In this document: piece by piece, positions 45,518-55,626 of the stretch
Numbering within the stretch: position 1 is the stretch's first letter
Layout of the letters: every line of letters begins with the position of its first letter
From: Bacillota bacterium
GTDB taxonomy: Bacteria > Bacillota > Clostridia > DSM-8532
DNA length: 64,000 nucleotides
Direction of reading: 5' to 3'
Assembly: GCA_023443745.1 (NCBI GenBank)
Contig: JAEZTB010000059.1
Location: 11,998 to 75,997, forward strand
Notes under the pieces: generated by a model
What the model was told of the DNA's origin: nothing
What the model saw: the letters and a program-made list of their open reading frames with translations, nothing else
Database searches by the model: none
Position numbers and translations under genes: made by a program

Positions 45518-46594
45518 ATGTCCAAGCCGAAGCCGAAAAATAAAGTTGTCATCAGCGATGTGGCCAAAGCGGCTCATTGTTCTGTGGCCACTGTTTCCCG
45601 TGTATTAAGCAACAGTGAGTATCCGGTAAGCGATGCGCTCAGGCAGCGCATTATGTCAGTCGCCGATGAATTGGGATATATGCCCAATCCCTATGGCAGA
45701 ATTTTACGGACCTCCATCAATCCGTCCATCGGTATCATTATTCCTTCCTTCCAGAATCCTTTTTTCAGTCAGATCGTAATGGGTATCGAGCATATCGCGA
45801 GCAAACGTAATTATATGTCCATGGTATTTGCCTCCCAGCGTGATCCCGCACTGGAGCGCAAATATATAAGTGATTTGATCCAAAAACGGATTAGCTGTCT
45901 GATGCTCTGTTCCGTTGACGACAATTCTGATACGCTGGAACAATATATTGCTGCCGGCGGATTGGCCTGTGTTTTTGAATCGGACTTTCCTCCCCTGAGC
46001 AATGCGCTCAGTGCAACGGCCGATATGTTTAAAGCGGCGCAAATGGCGGCTGAGCACTTAATTTCACAGGGGCACACCAAAATTGCTTTTTTGACACCCC
46101 CCCTGAGTAGGTCATCCCGTTACCAGCGTGTTGATGGCTGTAAATTCGCTATGGCGATGCACGGACTTTCATTTGAACGTCAGGACATCATTTCCGTTCC
46201 ATATGAGGACGATGTGGACGATGGGCTGTACGAATACAGCATCGGAATGGTATTGGCCAAGAAAATGCTTGAGCAGGAAAAAAAATATACCGCTGTTATT
46301 GCTTTGAACGATTTGATCGCATGCGGCGTCATAGCAGGGCTGAAGCAGCAAAATATTCGCGTCCCCGAGGATATTTCCGTTATTGGCTTCGACGATATTC
46401 CCAATGCCTTTATGATTAGCCCGCAGCTAACTACCATACGCCTTTCGGGTCATTTGATCGGGCAAAGGGCAACACAGCTGGTCATTAATTCCTTTGAATC
46501 CCATGAAAGCATTAATAATGTGACTCTGTCGGTAACACCCGAGCTTATCGTCCGTGAGTCCGTTCGCAATATACAGCATGAGAAGGAGACTTAA
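45518..46594 (+). CDS. LacI-family transcriptional regulator
   Basis: HTH VVISDVAKAAHCSVATVSRVLSN. ATG at 45518 lies 4 nt after GAAGGTG; the ORF-track start at 45491 would be essentially leaderless. Confidence 0.85.
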   Translation: MSKPKPKNKVVISDVAKAAHCSVATVSRVLSNSEYPVSDALRQRIMSVADELGYMPNPYGRILRTSINPSIGIIIPSFQNPFFSQIVMGIEHIASKRNYMSMVFASQRDPALERKYISDLIQKRISCLMLCSVDDNSDTLEQYIAAGGLACVFESDFPPLSNALSATADMFKAAQMAAEHLISQGHTKIAFLTPPLSRSSRYQRVDGCKFAMAMHGLSFERQDIISVPYEDDVDDGLYEYSIGMVLAKKMLEQEKKYTAVIALNDLIACGVIAGLKQQNIRVPEDISVIGFDDIPNAFMISPQLTTIRLSGHLIGQRATQLVINSFESHESINNVTLSVTPELIVRESVRNIQHEKET

Positions 46595-46596
46595 CC

Positions 46597-47889
46597 ATGA
46601 ACAAAGCTGAGCTTCAGGCTTTGCTGTCATTCTATCAAAAGGAGCTTAAGGAAAACATCCTCTTCTTTTGGCTTCCCCGTTGTGTAGACTCCAAAAACGG
46701 GGGCTTTTTCAATTGTTTTGATAATTCGGGGCGAACCCTCGTCAGTTCTGACAAGTACACCTGGTCACAGGGGCGGTTTGTCTGGATATGGACAAAACTC
46801 GCGGCTATGCAGGGCGGTACCTTTTCCAGCAATGAAAAGGCACTGTTTCTTCAATATGCAAAGCAGGGCCGGGACTTTCTTTTCCGTCACTGTCTGATTG
46901 GCAGAGACGATTGGCGGTGCGTTTTTCTCATGGATGCAAAAGGAAATCCGAAATATGTTAACGCCGTTGATGTTCTGGATTCCAGCATTTTTGCGGATTG
47001 CTTTGTCACCGCCGGATTTGCTTTGTCTTCTGCGGTTACAGGAGATGCCGAATCATGGGATTTCGCCAAAAATTTGTATACTTCTATTTGCGGCCGTATT
47101 CAGCAGAATACCTTCAATTCGCTTCCGTATCCTCTTGGAGAAGGCTACCGCATGCACAGCATTCCCATGATCGCCACCAATCTTTCCTGTGAAATGTACC
47201 GCGCTGCACAAATTATGGAGCCCGGCTCATGTCCGGAATATGCAGCTGATATTCATCGGTTCAGTTCCGATATACTGAATCATTTCGTCGACAGCAAGAA
47301 TATACTGCATGAGATTATCTCCAAGGATAATACTTTTGCAGACGGTCTTTTGGGAGATCACATCAATCCGGGCCATACCCTTGAAGACATGTGGTTCCAG
47401 CTGGATGCCGCAGATATTTTGGAAGAACCGCAGCGTTTAGATAAAATCAGCAAAATTGCAAAAAATGCATTCGAGCTTGGATGGGATGCCGTCCATGGTG
47501 GATACTTACATTTTACAGATTCAAACGGCGGCGAAATTCTGGGGCGTTTTGAAGACGATCCCTGTAAGGAACCTCAGCTGCGCCAGGTCTATGACGATTG
47601 GGACAGCAAATTATGGTGGGTCCACTCCGAAGCGCTCTATACATCCCTTTTATTGTATTTCCGAACGAATGATCCGCAATTTCTTTCATATTATTCCCGG
47701 GCTGCCGCTTACGTATTTCAGACGTTCCCCAGTAAAGACCCTTCCATAAGAGAATGGGAACAGATCCGTACCAGGGACGGAAAGCCTCTGGAAAAAGTAG
47801 TGGCGCTTCCGGTGAAGGATCCCTATCATATTATTCGTAATTTCATCCTCATTATCGAATTATTGGAGCAAGAGCTGGCCCGCGCTTAA
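46597..47889 (+). CDS. N-acylglucosamine 2-epimerase (AGE) superfamily (alpha/alpha)6-barrel isomerase/epimerase
   Basis: DSKNGGFFNCFD, KYTWSQGRFVWIW, INPGHTLEDMWF and WWVHSEALY motifs typical of AGE, cellobiose-epimerase and aldose-ketose isomerase family members. Confidence 0.8.
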   Translation: MNKAELQALLSFYQKELKENILFFWLPRCVDSKNGGFFNCFDNSGRTLVSSDKYTWSQGRFVWIWTKLAAMQGGTFSSNEKALFLQYAKQGRDFLFRHCLIGRDDWRCVFLMDAKGNPKYVNAVDVLDSSIFADCFVTAGFALSSAVTGDAESWDFAKNLYTSICGRIQQNTFNSLPYPLGEGYRMHSIPMIATNLSCEMYRAAQIMEPGSCPEYAADIHRFSSDILNHFVDSKNILHEIISKDNTFADGLLGDHINPGHTLEDMWFQLDAADILEEPQRLDKISKIAKNAFELGWDAVHGGYLHFTDSNGGEILGRFEDDPCKEPQLRQVYDDWDSKLWWVHSEALYTSLLLYFRTNDPQFLSYYSRAAAYVFQTFPSKDPSIREWEQIRTRDGKPLEKVVALPVKDPYHIIRNFILIIELLEQELARA

Positions 47890-47925
47890 AGTAAACAAGC
47901 CACTTTCACCCCATAATCCTCTTCA

Positions 47926-48561
47926 TTATAAGTGCCTTAAAGACCGAAAACTCCCCAACAGGTGAACCAAGTCATTCCCACTCCTGACACCCAGCTTTTT
48001 AAATATTTTTGTCTTTTGATTAGCTATGGTCTTATCTGAAGACAAAAGCCTGATATCCTTTCCGAGAATCATTTCCAGAACGGTTTTTTCTGCGACAGAC
48101 AGTTCGCTCAGGATGAGCGCTTTGATGAAATCCTCCTGGGGGGTACTCCCCCAGGCAGTTGCTCTTAAGGTTTCAGGGATCAGCTCGAATTGGCTTTTGA
48201 AGATATATCCTGAGGCGAAGGATTTCTTGCTGGCCTCAATGGATACCTGAGGATCTTCAATAGCCGTCAGCAGGATGACCTTTGCATGGGACGCCAGTCG
48301 TATTTCCTTGGCTGCTTCGATGCCTCCGAGTTCCTTTCCGGGCACCAGGTTCAAATCCATTAAAACGATATGCGGATTTACATGTCGCGACATCTCAATA
48401 GCATCATTTCTGTTATCGGTAGACCCCACAAGAATAAAATCCTGTTCCCGTTCCAGGAGAGCGTTGATCAGAAACCTAAAATCAGGGTCATCTTCGACTG
48501 ACATTACTCTTATCTTTTTTTGAATTGAGCTATTCATACTGCGCACCTGCAGCCCTTTCAT
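47926..48561 (-). CDS. NarL/LuxR-family response regulator
   Basis: REC (VEDDPD...IVLMDLNL...KVILLT) plus C-terminal LuxR HTH (LSVAEKTVLEMIL...TIANQKTKIFKKLGV). 4-bp overlap with the kinase gene. Confidence 0.85.
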   Translation of the reverse strand: MKGLQVRSMNSSIQKKIRVMSVEDDPDFRFLINALLEREQDFILVGSTDNRNDAIEMSRHVNPHIVLMDLNLVPGKELGGIEAAKEIRLASHAKVILLTAIEDPQVSIEASKKSFASGYIFKSQFELIPETLRATAWGSTPQEDFIKALILSELSVAEKTVLEMILGKDIRLLSSDKTIANQKTKIFKKLGVRSGNDLVHLLGSFRSLRHL

Positions 48562-49997
48562 TTACATTGGCAGGTCCGTTCCTCCTGTGACAAGGGAACA
48601 GATTCTGAATATGTAATACGCTTTAACGGAATATGAAGAAAAAACGTGGTCCCTTCATCCGAGCTGCTTTTTACGTCTATATAACCGTTATGTTTTTTTA
48701 TCACATTCATACAGTAAGAAAGCCCCAGACCAAAGTTACTATCTGTTTTCTTTGTTGTGAAATACGGCTCAAACAGGCGGTCCATTACTTCCTTCCTGAT
48801 CCCAGGTCCGCTGTCATGAACCGCAATACAGTAATAGGGTCTTTTCTTTTCTCGATAACATTTAATGTCGATGGCTCCTTCAGTCCTTACGGCATCGGAG
48901 GCATTTTGAATCAGATTATTCAGCACCTCAACGAGATGTGTCCTATCACAGTAAATATCAGGCTCATCCTTGCAATCCACCTCTATGGTGACGGACTTGC
49001 TTATGTTATTCCTGTTGAGCTGAACAGCCTGTGTGAGGATATCCTTCATAAACCATTGATGCTCGTTTAATAGAACTGTTCCTGAATAAAGGCATGCTTT
49101 TTGATTAAAATTTTGAAGATGCGCAACGGATCTCGTTATGATGTCTATCTCCTCAGGGACAGGAAGGCCCCCCTGTTGATATTTGCTCTGCAGATTTTCC
49201 AGGCACCATCCTATTTTAGCTGTTTCATTTTTAAGCAGATGCCCCGTGAATTGGGCATTTTTATTGATCAGAAGCATATCGGAATTCCAGCGGTAGTTTT
49301 CACTTCTGAGGCGCAGTCCCATGATACCTTCTCTGAAAGCCATCACAATGTAAAAAAGAATGGCTAAGAACAGTATATAGGTGTTTCCTTTCCACAGCTT
49401 GAACAGCTCCCTGATACCAAGGCTGTGAATGACAAAGGTCGTAATCAGACAAAACCATACAGCCGGTAAAAGAAGCATGGCCACAAGTCTTTTTTGTTTT
49501 CGTGCCTGAGCATTATTCTCCCGGAAAATAGAGGTCAGCATTAAATAGGTATAAAAAATACCAAACCCTACATTATAGACCGAGAATGCGATCCAGAATA
49601 CTCTGTCATTATGCTGATACCATGGCATTTTCAATGGGCTGTAAATAAGCACAAGCACAAGGGAAGGCAGAAATATGCCCAGCTTCAGCCATTTAAAATT
49701 TGCCGGATACCTTTTGTCAAAACCACAGAAGTAGAATATAAACAACAGACCTGTGGGCAAAGCCATGTGATAGACGATAGCAGTCATAGCGGAATAAATT
49801 TGTGTATACACTTCATAACTTATGCCCGATTCAAACTGCTTTTGAAGGAGCGGAACCAGATCATCATAATAATACTCTTTAAGGGTGCCAAGGCTGCAAA
49901 TAACCGCATTAATGGCGCACCATCTGTTTGCTTTATTTTTAGGACTCGACAGATAGATCAACATGGCCAGAACCCAAATAAAGATTGTGAAAATCAT
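48558..49997 (-). CDS. Multi-pass (about 6-7 TM) sensor histidine kinase
   Basis: H-box-like FTGHLLKNETAKI. HATPase motifs LNNLIQNASDAV, DSGPGI, GLGLSY. ATG at 49997; the ORF-track TTG is at 50012. Confidence 0.8.
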   Translation of the reverse strand: MIFTIFIWVLAMLIYLSSPKNKANRWCAINAVICSLGTLKEYYYDDLVPLLQKQFESGISYEVYTQIYSAMTAIVYHMALPTGLLFIFYFCGFDKRYPANFKWLKLGIFLPSLVLVLIYSPLKMPWYQHNDRVFWIAFSVYNVGFGIFYTYLMLTSIFRENNAQARKQKRLVAMLLLPAVWFCLITTFVIHSLGIRELFKLWKGNTYILFLAILFYIVMAFREGIMGLRLRSENYRWNSDMLLINKNAQFTGHLLKNETAKIGWCLENLQSKYQQGGLPVPEEIDIITRSVAHLQNFNQKACLYSGTVLLNEHQWFMKDILTQAVQLNRNNISKSVTIEVDCKDEPDIYCDRTHLVEVLNNLIQNASDAVRTEGAIDIKCYREKKRPYYCIAVHDSGPGIRKEVMDRLFEPYFTTKKTDSNFGLGLSYCMNVIKKHNGYIDVKSSSDEGTTFFLHIPLKRITYSESVPLSQEERTCQCK

Positions 49998-50087
49998 ATC
50001 CGATGACCTCAAAAAGGTATTTATTCTTCTATTTTGCAGTTTTTTCGTTTCTATGTAAATGATAAAAATAAATATTTGTCAAATATT

Positions 50088-51653
50088 TCACCAATTAATC
50101 CGAAACTGCATGGAACCAATGGAAATCACATCTGATTTTTCCAATCTGTATTCCTGACTGATGGGTACACCGTTCACATATGTTCCATTGGTAGAGTTCA
50201 AATCTGCTATATAAAGCTTATTGGAGGAAAATCTCAGAGAGCAGTGGGCGGCTGAAAGCTTTTTATCCTCCTGGAACGCCAATCCAGCCTTTTGAGTGCT
50301 TCTTCCGATGATGATTGAGCCATAGATATCCACCATATAAACCTGATTATTCACCATGTCCATTTTTGTGAGAACCACTGTCACATCCGGTTCCTGGGGT
50401 TCCGGTGCAACCTGCTCAGTACCAGGATTCGTAAGAGGTGCAGGCTCGGATACTGATTTATCCATAACTGCTGAAGTATTTGAGTCTTCTGCCTGCAAAG
50501 CTGCTTCCGGTTGTTCAGGCAGTGAGACAGCGGTTTGCTTTTTCCCTTTCCTGCGTCTGGCTATTAAAATTGCTGATACCACCACCAAAACCAGAATTCC
50601 TAATACTGCAGCGACAATAATAAGGGTGAGTTCTCCCGGATCATCCTCTGTACCGGATGCATTATCCGGACTATCTGTCGTTTCTTGAGTAGGGGAAGGT
50701 GGTGTTGCTTCTTTTTTTACGCCCAACCCGTTGGTCGGAATGGTATAGCTGTCACTTGCTTTTCCATGATCGGGTATAATGATGTCCAGCTTGAGAACTT
50801 GCTCATTTCCGTCCGAATGATAATTTGAAAGGTCTGCTTTTATAACATAACTGTTTTCTATTGATGTTTGTATTTTTAAAGCGAGGTCTAAAGCAATCGT
50901 TTGGTCCAGTCCATAAACAAGATCGAGCCCTCCCGGAGACCTGCGTGCAAGGCTTCCCAGGGTTTTTGAAGCCTCTACCTTTCTAGCTGACGGTTTATTC
51001 TCCATCATAGCCACAGTGAAGATGGGAATATGGCATTTATCAATTTTCCTGTATACTTCATCGAGGGTTATGCCCGTTGTGTAGTCGTCTTCACCGTCGG
51101 ATAATATCACAAGGCATTTTTTAGGGTAGGCCTTATCACTTGACAGCAAAACATCCAAGCCCTTGACTATACCGGTATATAGGTTGGTATCCTCTTTAGA
51201 TTTCCTGCTTATGGAATCAATCTGTGCCTCATACTCTTCCTTAGTTGAAACAAAAGGATTTGAGTAGGCCTCATTTCCTACTGAAAAAATACTGATATTA
51301 TCCTTATCGCTTGTTTTATGTACAATCTGTGTCAATATCTCCTTTACTTCACTGAGCTTTTTATCGCTCATGGAACCGGATACATCCACTAAAAAGAGAT
51401 ATGAAGCACCTTCCTGTGATTCAGCAAGACGATTCATTTCGCTGATAGCGATAGACGCATTGCCAAGAGAAAGCTTAAGCTCATCCTTGTTGACGTCTCT
51501 TTCCAGGTTTGTATTGAAAAAAACATTCAGGGTGCCATTATCTGCAATATAGCCTTCCAAATTGATAGTCAGCGCATCAATGGCACAGACCGGCAAAAGA
51601 ATGGTCATTGAACAAATCATCATCAAGAGGAATAAACCCTTTAAAGCTTTCAC
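50088..51653 (-). CDS. Signal peptide, extracytoplasmic vWA domain, TM segment and cytoplasmic FHA domain
   Basis: MIDAS LVDVSGSMSD...SDGEDD. TM LTLIIVAAVLGILVLVVVSAILIARRRKGKK. FHA IIIGRS...SAAHCSL...DLNSTNGTYVNG. Confidence 0.85.
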   Translation of the reverse strand: MKALKGLFLLMMICSMTILLPVCAIDALTINLEGYIADNGTLNVFFNTNLERDVNKDELKLSLGNASIAISEMNRLAESQEGASYLFLVDVSGSMSDKKLSEVKEILTQIVHKTSDKDNISIFSVGNEAYSNPFVSTKEEYEAQIDSISRKSKEDTNLYTGIVKGLDVLLSSDKAYPKKCLVILSDGEDDYTTGITLDEVYRKIDKCHIPIFTVAMMENKPSARKVEASKTLGSLARRSPGGLDLVYGLDQTIALDLALKIQTSIENSYVIKADLSNYHSDGNEQVLKLDIIIPDHGKASDSYTIPTNGLGVKKEATPPSPTQETTDSPDNASGTEDDPGELTLIIVAAVLGILVLVVVSAILIARRRKGKKQTAVSLPEQPEAALQAEDSNTSAVMDKSVSEPAPLTNPGTEQVAPEPQEPDVTVVLTKMDMVNNQVYMVDIYGSIIIGRSTQKAGLAFQEDKKLSAAHCSLRFSSNKLYIADLNSTNGTYVNGVPISQEYRLEKSDVISIGSMQFRINW

Positions 51654-51657
51654 ACTA

Positions 51658-52407
51658 TCACTCCTTTATGGTGATTTCATCGGATGGATTTATGACGAAT
51701 ACTGCAAGGGCAGTAAAATTATCGTTTTTTCCGTTCACTCGCTTACTAAGCCGCCCAACCATATATTTGAGCCATTCATCAGGTGTATGAGATTTTGCAA
51801 GATCGATTTCCATTTCATCCTCAAGTACATACTCCCAGAAACCATCGGTACATAATAAAAAGGTTTCAAACGCTCTTAGTCTTCCCTCTGCTTTCTGGAT
51901 ATCGGGTTTTATGGCCAAATCGTTTCCCAGAGCCCGCAGAACTTTGTTCCTGTCCTCATGGAATCTTATTTTTTCCGGAGGGATCTCACCGGAGAGCACA
52001 GCCATCTGTGAAACACTGTGATCCTTTGTCTGAAAGGTTCTTTTTCCCTCTGTAAAGCGGTAAAGCCTGGAATCCCCTATGTGACCGTAAATCATGGATT
52101 CCTGATTGCAAAATAGTGCTACTGCAGTACTTTTCATTTTCAATGAGGCGATTTGCCTGTTTAAGACTTGCTGGTTAGCCTTTTCAAATAATTGAAAGAT
52201 ATGATCGGGTTGGATATCCGGGTTACTCATAAATCCGTCGACAAGCGTGTCAACTGCAACCTTCGAGGCAATATCGCCGCCGCCATGTCCCCCCAGACCG
52301 TCTGCAACAACGCCTACCATCACTGGGCCGCTCATTTCAAAGCGGGCACAGTCCTCATTATAACTGCGGCCACCCATTTGACTGACTCTGGCAATTTTAT
52401 AAATCAT
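51658..52407 (-). CDS. PP2C-family Ser/Thr phosphatase (cytoplasmic)
   Basis: RSYNEDC, VVADGLGGHGGGDIAS, CTDGFWE, DNFTALAV. Confidence 0.9.
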   Translation of the reverse strand: MIYKIARVSQMGGRSYNEDCARFEMSGPVMVGVVADGLGGHGGGDIASKVAVDTLVDGFMSNPDIQPDHIFQLFEKANQQVLNRQIASLKMKSTAVALFCNQESMIYGHIGDSRLYRFTEGKRTFQTKDHSVSQMAVLSGEIPPEKIRFHEDRNKVLRALGNDLAIKPDIQKAEGRLRAFETFLLCTDGFWEYVLEDEMEIDLAKSHTPDEWLKYMVGRLSKRVNGKNDNFTALAVFVINPSDEITIKE

Positions 52408-52435
52408 GCTCTTTAACTCCTTTTTCGTATACGCC

Positions 52436-54313
52436 TTATGAAACCTTTATCACGAATGTGTTGTTTTCTCCTATTGTAAAGCAGTCTCCTTCATGCAAGG
52501 CCACACTTTGCTCAGATGTTAGCTTTCCCCTACCCGATACAAAAGTGCCGTTTGAAGATCCCAGATCCTTTATGCAAACAGCACGGGCCGCCTTATCCAG
52601 TAAAAGCTCGCAATGAACTCGGCTAACCCCTCGTGTATCATCGGAAAAGATGATGTGACAGTGATCAGGGCTTCGGCCAAGCACCACCTTTTTTTCTGAT
52701 AAGGGGAAAAAGACATTCTCATAATACCCGGAGAGTCCTACGATTCCCAAAGCAGAGGGATTGGGCGTATTATTGCGTACATTACTCTGCGGCTGGTCCA
52801 GGGCAGGGTTATTCCGGGAGAGTCCCTCCTGAGGTTTGTTCACGCTGTGGGCTGCTGCTGTTACGCAGGTTTTGGCAATCAAATCGTGCCCCGCATTTCT
52901 TTCTTTGTTCATAAAGCATACAACAGCATTTCCGATACCAATGATGCCACCCAATTCCATTGACACAAAAGCGCTGAACAGGGTATTGGAATATTTTGCT
53001 GCATTTCTGAGTAAGGCTTTTCCAAAAGTCAAAGGCTGGCTTGCATTATCAAAAACAACTAAGCCCATGATGCGCTTACCAAGAGTAGCCTGAAGTTTTG
53101 ATGACTCACAGCCGGTTCCATAAGCCACACTTAGTAAATAAAGTGCCAAGTAAAGGTCTCCCATAGTATCCGGCTCAAGCAGATTAATGAGTACGCCGTA
53201 GAATAATGCCGCGAGGATAAGCCCGTCAATGATGAGCGCAGCAAAACGTCGTCCAATATCAGCTTGTGCAGTGGTTGATGCGGCCGCCTGCATAGAAGCT
53301 ACAGGCCTTTCTTCTCTCGGTGACGTACTTGACAAAGCGGGTAAAGCTCCCGTCAAGGCCGCTTTAAAGGCACTCATAGACTGAAACCGGTCTTCGGATT
53401 TTACGGAAAGTGCTTTTACAATAGCCTTATCCATATGCTGAGGCAAATCACGGCAAAGGACCGATGGGGGGATGAGCTCATCCTTAAACATCCTCTGAGT
53501 GGCTTCCGGCGGTATGGTGCCAGTGATGCTGAAATAAAGCGTTCCAGCCAATGCATACACATCGGTAAACGGTCCCTGCTTACCATGGCTGCGGTATTGT
53601 TCCTCGGGAGCATATCCTCTTTTTAATATGATGGACAGACTCTGGCTCTTTCCCTTGAGTGCGACCCTTGCAGCACCGAAATCCAGGAGCTTGACTTTAC
53701 CGTTTTTGCAAACATAGATATTATCCGGGCTTATATCGCGGTGAATCACATTCTGACCATGTATTTGATCCAATGCGTCAAATATCGGAAGGAGCAGGCT
53801 GATGGTCTCCGACCAGGGAAGCTTTCCGCCCTTCTGCGAAATATACTTTTTTAAATCACAGCCATCCAGATATTCCATCACATAATAAGCTGTGCGATTT
53901 TCTTCGAACAGGGCCCTTACGGAAATGATATGGGGATTGTCCTGGTAAACATGGATCATACGCGCTTCTTCAAGAAACTTTTTCAATCCGTACTCATAAT
54001 CGTCTCGACTCGTATGAATGGTCATCTCCGTGGTACCGGGGATCCTTGTTGACAGACCGTCAGGCATGAATTCCTTAATGGCGACACGTTCATTGGCCTT
54101 TAGGTCATAGGCCATATAAGTTATTCCGAAGCCGCCATGGCCCAAAACCGCCCCGACCAGATACCTACCATGCAGAATGGTAGAAAGCGGCAGGGCAAAC
54201 ACAGGCTCCTGAGCAGAACCGGTTGTTGACCGGCAATTCGTACATTGGCCATCAATTACGCTTTCATGCATGCATTTCAGGCATAGCTTGTTAAAATCCA
54301 AAAGTTTCACCAC
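52436..54313 (-). CDS. Zn-ribbon, Hanks Ser/Thr kinase, RDD membrane module and FHA domain
   Basis: CLKC...CTNC; GHGGFGITY, VAIKEF, HRDISPDN, DFGAAR, YAPEEQ; RDD (RRFAALIIDGLILAALFYG...HDLIAKT); FHA VVLGRS...SRVHCEL...DLGSSNGTFVSG. Confidence 0.9.
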   Translation of the reverse strand: MVKLLDFNKLCLKCMHESVIDGQCTNCRSTTGSAQEPVFALPLSTILHGRYLVGAVLGHGGFGITYMAYDLKANERVAIKEFMPDGLSTRIPGTTEMTIHTSRDDYEYGLKKFLEEARMIHVYQDNPHIISVRALFEENRTAYYVMEYLDGCDLKKYISQKGGKLPWSETISLLLPIFDALDQIHGQNVIHRDISPDNIYVCKNGKVKLLDFGAARVALKGKSQSLSIILKRGYAPEEQYRSHGKQGPFTDVYALAGTLYFSITGTIPPEATQRMFKDELIPPSVLCRDLPQHMDKAIVKALSVKSEDRFQSMSAFKAALTGALPALSSTSPREERPVASMQAAASTTAQADIGRRFAALIIDGLILAALFYGVLINLLEPDTMGDLYLALYLLSVAYGTGCESSKLQATLGKRIMGLVVFDNASQPLTFGKALLRNAAKYSNTLFSAFVSMELGGIIGIGNAVVCFMNKERNAGHDLIAKTCVTAAAHSVNKPQEGLSRNNPALDQPQSNVRNNTPNPSALGIVGLSGYYENVFFPLSEKKVVLGRSPDHCHIIFSDDTRGVSRVHCELLLDKAARAVCIKDLGSSNGTFVSGRGKLTSEQSVALHEGDCFTIGENNTFVIKVS

Positions 54314-54319
54314 CGGAAA

Positions 54320-55600
54320 TTATTGATATTTGATCTCAAACAAAGCAGCCTGACGGCTCCCTAAATAAAACTGCTGGCCGCTTTCAAGCTTAACCGGCGT
54401 TCCCGGAGTCAGTCGATCGTTTGATCCTAAAAATGTTCCATAGGAAGAGCTCTCATCACATAGCCACAGAGCACCGCCTTCAATTTTGAGGCTGCAATGT
54501 TGTCTGCTTATGCCTTTGGTGGATTGAGGAAAAATGATATTGGCCAGCTTCGTATCACGGCCGAAAACAATTTTCCCGTTGTTTAGCGGGAAGGTCTTAC
54601 CCGCATATTCACCCGTCAAGCCAAAGAGCACAGGCTTGCCGTTCCGAGGGAAATCAGGCTGTGCCGCTACACCTTCTGAAATCAGCACAATCTGGCGAAT
54701 GCCTTTATTGATGAGGACTAACAATGTAAACCATGCGATAGCAATAAGAATGTAGCTCATTAAGCTTCCAAATACACCAAAGTCAATAAGGACGATGCCT
54801 GAATTCCAAACATAATGAAGAGCAATGGCTACTGCCAGATACTTTAAAAAGTCTAGGCTGATGAAATGTCTTCCCTCAAGCTTACCGCTGCCTTTTACCA
54901 TGGCAAGGGCCCCACCTGTAAGTGCTGCCCAAGCAACATGCATTCCCGGAGCCAAAATTCCCCTAAGGATAATGGTGTCAATTGAATTGTAGACAAATGC
55001 ATATCCTGCCGATTCTATGGCTGCAAAGCCTGCTCCAACCGCCCCCCCTATGAGGATACCATTCAATATGTATTTATTTTTGCTGCCCTTGTTAAGAAAT
55101 AAAGCCAGAGCTGCAACCTTCGCCGGTTCCTCTGAAAACGGGGCAAAGGTAGCCGGGCCGTTAGGCACAATAACCCCGAAAAGAACAGTAAAAAGTATGG
55201 ACATGACGCCGCCCAGAAGAAACATTTTGATGACATCATAAAAGGGAATATTTCTGGGGATGTTCAATTCCCAAAAGAAAATAAGCACTGCCAGAGGTGT
55301 GGCAAAGGAGCCTACTATGATGAACATGGGTACTATTTTGTCTCCGATAAACAGCAATGCGATATAAAACAACAGAGTAAGCAGAAGTCCTACTGCCAGA
55401 ACCCTGAAAAACAGCCAGGGTTTTTTCCACTCGGATAGCATCTCGCTTTCTTTTGGAGTACTGAGCTCCGTTCCCGCTATAAAAAATCGCTCGCCATCCT
55501 GCTTGCTGTGGGGCTTGAATACGTCTGAGAACACATCGTTCAGCTTTAAGCCTGAATTCAGGCTCTTTTTAAAAAATACCGTATTACCACTGGATTTCAT
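54320..55600 (-). CDS. PrsW-like intramembrane protease module with C-terminal FHA domain
   Basis: Polytopic membrane body with the FSEEPAKV (EExxK) and LHYVWN motifs. FHA IVFGRD...SRQHCSL...SSSYGTFLGS. Confidence 0.8.
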   Translation of the reverse strand: MKSSGNTVFFKKSLNSGLKLNDVFSDVFKPHSKQDGERFFIAGTELSTPKESEMLSEWKKPWLFFRVLAVGLLLTLLFYIALLFIGDKIVPMFIIVGSFATPLAVLIFFWELNIPRNIPFYDVIKMFLLGGVMSILFTVLFGVIVPNGPATFAPFSEEPAKVAALALFLNKGSKNKYILNGILIGGAVGAGFAAIESAGYAFVYNSIDTIILRGILAPGMHVAWAALTGGALAMVKGSGKLEGRHFISLDFLKYLAVAIALHYVWNSGIVLIDFGVFGSLMSYILIAIAWFTLLVLINKGIRQIVLISEGVAAQPDFPRNGKPVLFGLTGEYAGKTFPLNNGKIVFGRDTKLANIIFPQSTKGISRQHCSLKIEGGALWLCDESSSYGTFLGSNDRLTPGTPVKLESGQQFYLGSRQAALFEIKYQ

Positions 55601-55626
55601 AGAAACCTCCGTTATGGGACCTGTTA

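Noticed and set aside
48633-50006. Plus-strand ORFs of 145, 88 and 131 aa
   Set aside because: All three are antisense within the histidine kinase gene and have no supporting signals.
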